Positions 57,601 through 64,000 of a DNA stretch of 64,000 nt are shown here, one piece after another. The notes under the pieces were generated by a model. The model saw nothing but the letters and a program-made list of their open reading frames with translations, did not search any database and was not told where the DNA came from. Numbering within the stretch: the stretch's first letter is position 1; every line of letters starts with the position of its first letter. This DNA is from an uncultured delta proteobacterium (lineage in GTDB: Bacteria; Desulfobacterota; Binatia; UBA9968): the NCBI GenBank assembly GCA_963745835.1, contig CAVUZH010000015.1, forward strand, positions 192,001-256,000. The letters run 5' to 3'. The translations under genes were made by a program, and so were the position numbers.

Positions 57601-58702
57601 CGAAGGTTTTGAGAAGGGCGATCTGTTTATCCGTGAAAGGCCGGACCTCCAACCGACGTATGAGAATCGCCCCGATCGGTACGCCTTCGCGCAAGAGGGG
57701 AGCTGCAAGCGTTGTGCGATGACCAATCTGTTGTTGGTAGCCCTTAATTTCCGGATATTCAGAATCAATCTCTGCCGCGAGGTCATGGACGTGAATTGAT
57801 TGCCGGTCAACCATCGCCCGGCCGGCCGGAGATTGTCGATTCAAAGGCGTATGCTCCATCGCGATCAGCAAGGGACCGTATGAAGCCACCCGGTGCACGA
57901 CGTCATTCTCCAGTCGAAAGATTTGCGCGTCATAGGATTCACACAGCCTGGCGGCGCTTTCCGCCACAGCATCCAACACCGGCTGGATATCCGTCGGCGA
58001 GCTGGCGATCACCCGCAGAATTTCGCTGGTCGCGGTCTGCTGCTGAAGGGCCTCGGTCAAATCACGATTACTCGCCTGTTGCTCATGGATCAGCCGGGCG
58101 TTCTCGATGGCAATCACCGCTTGATCAGCGAAGGTTTCGAGAAGTTTAATTTGACCATCAGCGAACGGACGCACTTCCTTGCGGCGAATCTGCAAAGCGC
58201 CGACAGCCATGCCGTCGCGCAGCAACGGCGTTACAAGTGTGGTCCTAATCCCAAAAGCTACTCCTCGCGTCTTTGGCGCCGGGAAAATCCGCAGAGGAGG
58301 CGCGAAGATCATGAACGTGAACCGTCTCACGGTCTAGTATTGCCCGGCCAGGAGGTCCGGTCCTAGCTAATTCATATTCCTCGCGTACCAATATCTCCAG
58401 CGCGTAGGAACGGATCCAAAGTGAGCCGCAAGATATCGGGCAGTGCCATCGACCCGCCACACCAACGCATCGGCCGCATCACATAGCTTGGCAGCGTGCT
58501 CAGCAATTCCGTCGAGCACTGCTTGAAGGTCTGCCGGCGCACGCGCGATTATGCGCAGAATCTCGCTCGTGGCTCTCTGCTGCTCCGCTCGCTCGCGGAT
58601 TTCTTGCGCCTGCGCGGCGATCGTCTTCTTGAGCGTCGAGATGGATTCTCCGGAAGTGGAGGCTCGCCGCTTCACATTTTTTTTGGGGGGCTTCTTATTC
58701 AT
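51686..58702 (-). CDS. Giant cytoplasmic histidine kinase HK2 with about 12 tandem GAF domains (many frameshifts)
   Basis: Twelve module starts near 58580, 58045, 57515, 57005, 56470, 55985, 55455, 54965, 54435, 53945, 53445 and 52920, then [17 protein letters not shown] and HATPase boxes. Confidence 0.85.
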
Positions 58703-58707
58703 GCTGC

Positions 58708-58743
58708 AAAACAAAACCCGGCTGGAAATCCCAGTCCGGGTTT
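58708..58743 (-). terminator. Intrinsic terminator-like hairpin immediately before the HK2 start codon
   Basis: Minus strand AAACCCGGACTGG-GATTT-CCAGCCGGG-TTTTGTTTT, then GCAGC-ATG. Confidence 0.55.
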
Positions 58744-58893
58744 ATTTGAGGCATACAGATGACGAGACCGGGAACGACCAGTCTGCAAATCTGTTCGAAT
58801 GGTCGGCCTATCTTTAGTTCAATTGAAGCGCCGCCGTCAAGGAACAATTGGAGTTAGCAGATTTCTCGTTGACCCTTTTACGTAATGCATCCT

Positions 58894-60171
58894 TCAGACA
58901 TAACCTAAACCGCTGGTATGGCGGAGCGAGTCACCTCCTCGAACGAAATTGCACGATGCACAAGACTGGCAGTCGGGTGCACACGATAGGTCGTGCCGCA
59001 GCGTGCGCTCTGGCGGCTCGCGACCCTCAGCCATATCGCGCGCGGCCTTCAGCAATCGCCGGCGCAAAGCGATAATGCCAGCGTCACTGGAGCCGAGATG
59101 CTCTTTGGTGCGGTCTGCAATCGGTCCGTACTGATCTTCCTGGATCGCGATGTCTTCTTCGCGAATACCCCGCATGCCGGTGAAGTTCTCGCTACGCTGC
59201 TTCTCGCGGTCCAGAAAATAATCATTTTGCTTGTTGGCAACCGGCTCGAAAGTATCTGGATCGACTTCCGCGTAAGCCCCCGTCCACGACTCGATAGTGC
59301 GGATATCGTCCTCATTTAGAGCCCGATCGGGAAGCCACGTGACAGTGAAGCCAACCATGTTTGTCTCGTCCACTGGTACGGCAGCAGTGAAATTGATTGG
59401 CGAGCCCGCTTCGCTCGGGATCAGTGTGAATGACGGCATGAGAAACTGAGTGAGTCGCCAGTAGTACTGCTCGGCATCCCAGTTGCGCCGCGCGCCAATC
59501 GCCAATCCGTAGTCCGTGTCCTGGACTAGAAATTTCGGCGCCGAATCTTTCGCGGTGGCGAGCAGCGCCTGGCCGGCGATGGCTGCGTTGAACTTCTCCG
59601 GCCGGAACTCCCGGTGTAGAAAAGAGACGTGGCTGGAATCCACCTCACCCTCGAGGTTCTGGAGATAATTGCAATGTTGAAAGCGCTTGTGCGCGTAAAC
59701 ATGACTCTGTGGAACCAGCGTCCACTCCAGTTGCGGCATTTCCGGCATGCTCGCTTGAGGACCCATGTACGCCCAGATCACGCCGCCGGCCTCGCGGGTG
59801 GGATACGCTATCTGATGGATCTTATGTTTGAAGCTGCACTCTGCCGGCTCATTCGGCATGTCGACACACGCGCCGGTCACATCGAATTTCCAGCCGTGAT
59901 AGACGCAGCGCAGCCCACCCGCTTCGTTACGAGCAAAAAACAGCGAGGCGCCTCGATGCGGACAGTACCGCGCCAGGAGCCCCACTTTTCCGTTCGTGTC
60001 GCGGAAAGCGATCAAATCCTCAGAGAGGATGCGGAGCCGCACCGGTGCGCAGTCCGGCTTTGGCAGCTCGCGAGAGAGCGCGACAGGCAACCAGAAGCGC
60101 CGGAAGAGCTCGCCCATCGGTGTGCCTGGTGCTGTTCGGCAGAGCATTTCGTTTTCTTCTTTTGATAACAT
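58894..60171 (-). CDS. Rieske non-heme iron oxygenase alpha subunit (phthalate dioxygenase / O-demethylase-like)
   Basis: CPHRGASL..CVYHGW Rieske motif and EGEVDSSHVSFLH iron site. Probable frameshift in the last 30 codons (true stop near 58906). Confidence 0.9.
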   Translation of the reverse strand: MLSKEENEMLCRTAPGTPMGELFRRFWLPVALSRELPKPDCAPVRLRILSEDLIAFRDTNGKVGLLARYCPHRGASLFFARNEAGGLRCVYHGWKFDVTGACVDMPNEPAECSFKHKIHQIAYPTREAGGVIWAYMGPQASMPEMPQLEWTLVPQSHVYAHKRFQHCNYLQNLEGEVDSSHVSFLHREFRPEKFNAAIAGQALLATAKDSAPKFLVQDTDYGLAIGARRNWDAEQYYWRLTQFLMPSFTLIPSEAGSPINFTAAVPVDETNMVGFTVTWLPDRALNEDDIRTIESWTGAYAEVDPDTFEPVANKQNDYFLDREKQRSENFTGMRGIREEDIAIQEDQYGPIADRTKEHLGSSDAGIIALRRRLLKAARDMAEGREPPERTLRHDLSCAPDCQSCASCNFVRGGDSLRHTSGLGYV

Positions 60172-60216
60172 GGAAAGCTCCTTTCGCGCTTTGTCCGACT
60201 CTAAAATAAAAGATCC

Positions 60217-60699
60217 TTACGCACTCGGACGGATGAATATCGATGACGAAAACGGATGACGGAATATGCTACGGATTGAAACCATCCCTTGCAGATAGCT
60301 CGCGATTCGCTGTCCAATCCCGGGCTGCATGACAACAAATTGCACATCCTCATGACTCACATAACTGGATAACGTTTTACTGAGGCTGCCCGCATAGATA
60401 TCGACCGTGACTATCACGCGCAGTCTGAGCAAAGTCTCGCAGGTACAGAAAACTTTTTGACGTGCTAATTGCATACGCATGCGCGTCGAATAACTCTCAG
60501 CCATTCTTCTGATGACCAGTGCGGTCTCGATCCCACATTGCGATATCGCAGCATACGCCTGCAGCCATTTGAAGCCGCTCACTGGATGACGGACGAGAAA
60601 GACGACGCTCGCGCCTGGCTCGGCCACCTCTTCGATGTAAGGCACAATCTCGTCGAGCCGGTCATGTTTCTTTAGTGGAACTATTATTTTTGTTGCCAT
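60217..60699 (-). CDS. Hypothetical protein with universal-stress-protein-like topology
   Basis: KIIVPL..VVFLV..VQFVVM strand pattern. AAGGAGG RBS and sigma-54 promoter upstream. Confidence 0.6.
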   Translation of the reverse strand: MATKIIVPLKKHDRLDEIVPYIEEVAEPGASVVFLVRHPVSGFKWLQAYAAISQCGIETALVIRRMAESYSTRMRMQLARQKVFCTCETLLRLRVIVTVDIYAGSLSKTLSSYVSHEDVQFVVMQPGIGQRIASYLQGMVSIRSIFRHPFSSSIFIRPSA

Positions 60700-60728
60700 T
60701 GTCCTGCCCTCCTTCGATCAACTGACAT

Positions 60729-60744
60729 GGCAACGGTTATGCCA
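60729..60744 (-). promoter_or_regulatory. Sigma-54 -24/-12 promoter
   Basis: Minus strand TGGCAT-AACCG-TTGCC, 30 nt before ATG 60699 and directly downstream of an NtrC-type activator gene. Confidence 0.75.
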
Positions 60745-60954
60745 ATCCAGACGATGAATGTTCGGCCAGGCAAGATGGCAATATTGTCGAGCTATTTTTT
60801 CGAAGATTTCTGAATCGTGGCGAGCGGGAGCAAATACGAACAGTAACCGATTGATTACCTCGCCGTAGCGCTTAGGTTACTAATATCGTACTTCTGTCTC
60901 CTGTGCGGAGAGTTAAACAACAGATCGGTTGGCCGAGATTTGCTTGGTAGACGG

Positions 60955-62311
60955 TTAGACGGTGATAGCTAGCGATTTAAGAAGCCTTAGGAAATATTTC
61001 TCGTGCAGTCCAAGGAGCCGCGCCGCGGCGGCGCGATTGCCGCGGCAGCGCTCTAGAGCTACGAGAACCAATTCTTTCCGGTAATCTTCCATGGCGTCAC
61101 GGTAGGATCGACCATCGATTGTCGGGCGCACTACTGACGCAACAACTCTCGATGGCAAGTCCTGTACCGTAACGCACGGGCCCCTGCCCAGAACGATAGC
61201 CCTTTCGATCGCGTTGGCCAGCTCGCGGACGTTGCCGGGCCAGTCATACGCACAAAGCTGCTTCAGGGCATCGGCGACAATCTCGGTGAAGTTCTTTTTT
61301 GCCTCTCTTGCGTAATGTTCCATGAAGTGATGCGCCAAAACCGGGATGTCTTCCACTCTTTCTCTCAACGGCGGAAGCGTGATCGGGATGACGTTGATGC
61401 GATGATAGAGATCTTGGCGGAAGCGTCCCTCTTTGACCGCGGTCTCCAAATCGCGATTGGTCGCAGCGATGATTCTAACTTCGACGTGAATCGGCCTGAC
61501 GCCGCCGACCCGGTCGAATTCGCGCTCTTGGAGAAATCTTAACAACTTGGTTTGGAGCTCCTGGGACATGTCTCCGATTTCGTCGAGGAAGACCGTCCCG
61601 CCGTTTGCCAGCTCCATCTTGCCTTTTTTCTGTTGGTCGGCCCCTGTAAATGCTCCCTTCTCGTGCCCGAACAGCTCGCTTTCCAAGAGTTCCTTCGACA
61701 AGCCCACACAATTGATCGCCACAAACGGTTGGCTTTTTCTATCGCTCCAGTTGTGAATCGCGCGCGCAAAAATTTCCTTGCCGGTGCCACTTTCCCCCAG
61801 GAGCAACACTGTCGCTTTGCTGGCAGCAGCCTTGCGCGCGGTCTCAAGGGCTTCCGCCATTTTTTTGCTTTGTCCGACTGATAAGACGGTGGCGGCTATC
61901 GGTTTCTTCCGTGAGTAGCTCCAAGCCGCGTTTCAATCCCTCTCTTTCCAAGGCTTTGCGCACGACGATTTCAAAATGTTTGCCGTCGATAGGCTTGGTG
62001 ATGAAGTCATAGGCTCCCTGTTTCATCGCGTCGACGGCATTTTCAATGGAACCGTGGGCGCTGATCACAACGACCGGAAACTTCGCTCCTTGCTTGGCCA
62101 ACTCCCGAAGAACCTCAATTCCCCCCATTTTCGGCATCTGGAGATCCAGGAGCATCAGCTCCGGCTCGTGTTTTTTTATCTCGGCTAGAGCTTCAGGGCC
62201 GTCCGCGACCGCCGCAACCGCGCATCCCATAGCCTCCAGTCGCACGCGCAAGAGCCGCCGAGAGGCTCCATCATCGTCGACGATCAGCACCCGTGTGGCT
62301 GTGATTGTCAT
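60955..62311 (-). CDS. Sigma-54-dependent response regulator (REC-AAA+-HTH; frameshift near 61870)
   Basis: REC domain in ORF 61844..62311. [28 protein letters not shown] and a Fis-type HTH in ORF 60955..61860. Confidence 0.93.
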
Positions 62312-62365
62312 TTCTGGAAAATTACGCTTTCAGTGTGAAACAAATTATAGCGCTAAGTCCGCTTA

Positions 62366-62526
62366 AAAAATCCGAAATCCAAATATCGAAATCCGAAACA
62401 AAGCGCAGCCAAATAAATCCCAAACTCGGAAAATTGGAAACCCTGCCTGATCGGGCCGTTTTTGAAGATTGAAAGTTTGGAACATTTGAATTTGTTTCGG
62501 ATTTCGAAATTCGTGCTTCGAATTTT
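62366..62526. repeat. Heptamer inverted-repeat element, empty copy
   Basis: Right arm 62480-62525 matches 44629-44674 at 44 of 46 nt. Left arm AAAATCCGAAATCCAAATATCGAAATCCGAAACAAA. No gene inside. Confidence 0.8.
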
Positions 62527-62538
62527 TGTCCGGAGTCT

Positions 62539-62906
62539 TTACTTTAAATGACGACTGATCTCTGCGAGAAATACGGTTTTGTCGATAGGCTTGGTAACGT
62601 ATCCACTGCAACCGGCGGCGAGCGCCCTCTCCCGGTCTCCCGCCATGGCGTAGGACGTAACCGCAATCACTGGTATTTTCGCCGTTGCCGGTTCGGCTTT
62701 TAGCTTGGTGGTGGCTTCGAGTCCATCCATCTCAGGGAGTTGAATGTCCATCACGATCAGATCGGGTGGGTCCTTGGCGAGAATCTCCAACGCCTCGGCT
62801 GCATTGGTTGCTTCAACAACCTCGTAGCCCTGGGACCGCAGCAGAAATCCGGCCAGCCGCCGATTTACCGGGTTGTCTTCAACCAGCAGTATTTTTTTTC
62901 ATCCAT
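62539..62906 (-). CDS. Single-domain response regulator (DivK-like), frameshift in the A8 run at the start
   Basis: ILLVEDNPVNRRL..VMDIQLPEMDG..IPVIAVTSYAM..GYVTKPI. Paralog of 44673..45051. Confidence 0.88.
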
Positions 62907-62920
62907 AACGATTCTCGATT

Positions 62921-63009
62921 TTCACCGCAGAGACGCAGAGTTCGCAGAGTGTTAAATTTAATCAAATTACTCATTCAATCTGTCAGATCCTCCGCGCCTC
63001 CGCGGTGAA
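62921..63009. repeat. 20-bp inverted-repeat element (CACCGCAGAGACGCAGAG type) nested within heptamer arms
   Basis: TTCACCGCAGAGACGCAGAG ... CTCCGCGCCTCCGCGGTGAA. Outer heptamers CGATTCTCGATTTT (62909-62922) and AAATCGAAAATCCAGAATCTAAAATCG (63048-63074). Confidence 0.7.
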
Positions 63010-63074
63010 TTATTGGATTTTCGTCATTTAAATTTGTTTCGAATCGGAAATCGAAAATCCAGAATCTAAAATCG

Positions 63075-64000
63075 CTATCGGTCGGCAGCGTAAAAAAGAA
63101 TCGGCTGCCCTTTCCAACCTCGCTCTCCAGCCAAATATTTCCCCCATGCATCTCGATGAACTTCTTTGCCAGGGCCAGCCCCAGGCCGGTGCCCTGCGGT
63201 TTTCCGGCTTCGCTGCCGGCCTGTTGAAATTCCAGGAAGATTCTTTCTTGATCTTCCGCTGCGATCCCCGGTCCCGTTATCACCCACCTCTACGCACACG
63301 AAGCCGTCCTTCCGACCTGTCCGGATCCAGACCTTTCCCCCTTCGGGAGTGAACTTGATCGCGTTACCGACGAGATTCAAAAGCACCTGCTTAACACGTG
63401 CCCCATCCATCGAGAACGGAGCCAAGCGCTCGTCACTGTCAATGCGGAGCTGGATCCCTTTCTTCGTTGCGAGGGACCGCATCGTATTGGCAACGGCTTC
63501 CACGACATCCTGCATCAGCGCCCTGTCGATCTGCAATTCCATCTTTCCGGCTTCGATCTTCGCGAGGTCGAGAACTTCATTAATCAGTCCGAGCAGATGC
63601 TTCCCGCTGCCCAAGACATCCGTCAGGAACTGCATCCGTTCTTCCTCGCTAACCCGGAGCGCGGGATCCAGCAAAACTTCCGAGAAGCCGATGATCGCGT
63701 TGAGTGGCGTGCGCAGCTCGTGCGACATATTGGCGAGAAACTCCGACTTGTGGCGATTTGCGGCTTCGATCTGCCGGCCCTTATCCTCGATCTCGCTGAA
63801 TAACCGCGCATTTTCGATGGCCACTTTAGATTGGCTGGCCAGCGCCGTAAGGAGGTTGACCACGCGATCATCGAACGAGCCCGGCGAGCGGCGCAGCAGG
63901 ACAATTCCGCGGGTTACTCCGTCGCCTCTCATGGGAACCGTGAGCACGGAAAGAAAGCCCGCCTTCAGAGTAAAATCCCGAAACGGATGGCCGTATGCAT
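63075..64000 (-). CDS. GAF-HisKA-HATPase histidine kinase HK3 (3' part; frameshift near 63280)
   Basis: [31 protein letters not shown] and [10 protein letters not shown]. The shifted tail gives GIAAEDQ..GTGLGL..FFFTLP. Exact stop uncertain (63075 or 62975). Confidence 0.88.
   Translation of the reverse strand, partial: AYGHPFRDFTLKAGFLSVLTVPMRGDGVTRGIVLLRRSPGSFDDRVVNLLTALASQSKVAIENARLFSEIEDKGRQIEAANRHKSEFLANMSHELRTPLNAIIGFSEVLLDPALRVSEEERMQFLTDVLGSGKHLLGLINEVLDLAKIEAGKMELQIDRALMQDVVEAVANTMRSLATKKGIQLRIDSDERLAPFSMDGARVKQVLLNLVGNAIKFTPEGGKVWIRTGRKDGFVCVEVGDNGTGDRSGRSRKNLPGISTGRQRSRKTAGHRPGAGPGKEVHRDAWGKYLAGERGWKGQPILFYAADR

Overview
A 64-kb bacterial chromosome segment of moderately high GC with no rRNA, tRNA, CRISPR or prophage visible. 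The gene content (many LLM oxidoreductases, amidohydrolases, TAXI/TTT/ABC binding proteins, multi-GAF kinases) and repeat style resemble Candidatus Binatia or related deltaproteobacterial MAGs; this is inference only. Many genes are split by 1-nt indels, most densely at 44-58.7 kb, most likely uncorrected long-read errors. Layout: (i) 1-1.6 kb, a GT4 glycosyltransferase followed by the 5' part of cysD; (ii) 3-42 kb, housekeeping, transport and catabolic genes (two secreted SlyD-like PPIases, ilvD, a TAXI-TRAP operon, ybaL, an FHA/S1 protease pair, a CoA-transferase/citryl-CoA-lyase/monooxygenase cluster) and a peroxiredoxin with an in-frame TGA at its catalytic Cys, a probable selenoprotein; (iii) 42.9-64 kb, two minus-strand signalling operons with two giant histidine kinases of about 10 and 12 GAF modules, single-domain receivers, a receiver-adenylate cyclase and an NtrC-type activator. 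The most unusual signal is non-coding. Nearly every gene junction in the signalling operons holds a palindromic element. Two element families occur both 'full' (inverted arms enclosing a four-helix-bundle/Avd-like gene or a GIY-YIG nuclease gene) and 'empty' (the same arms, no gene), and some arm mismatches read as G-U pairs only on the transcribed strand. This suggests a family of small gene-carrying stem-loop elements acting at least partly as RNA.
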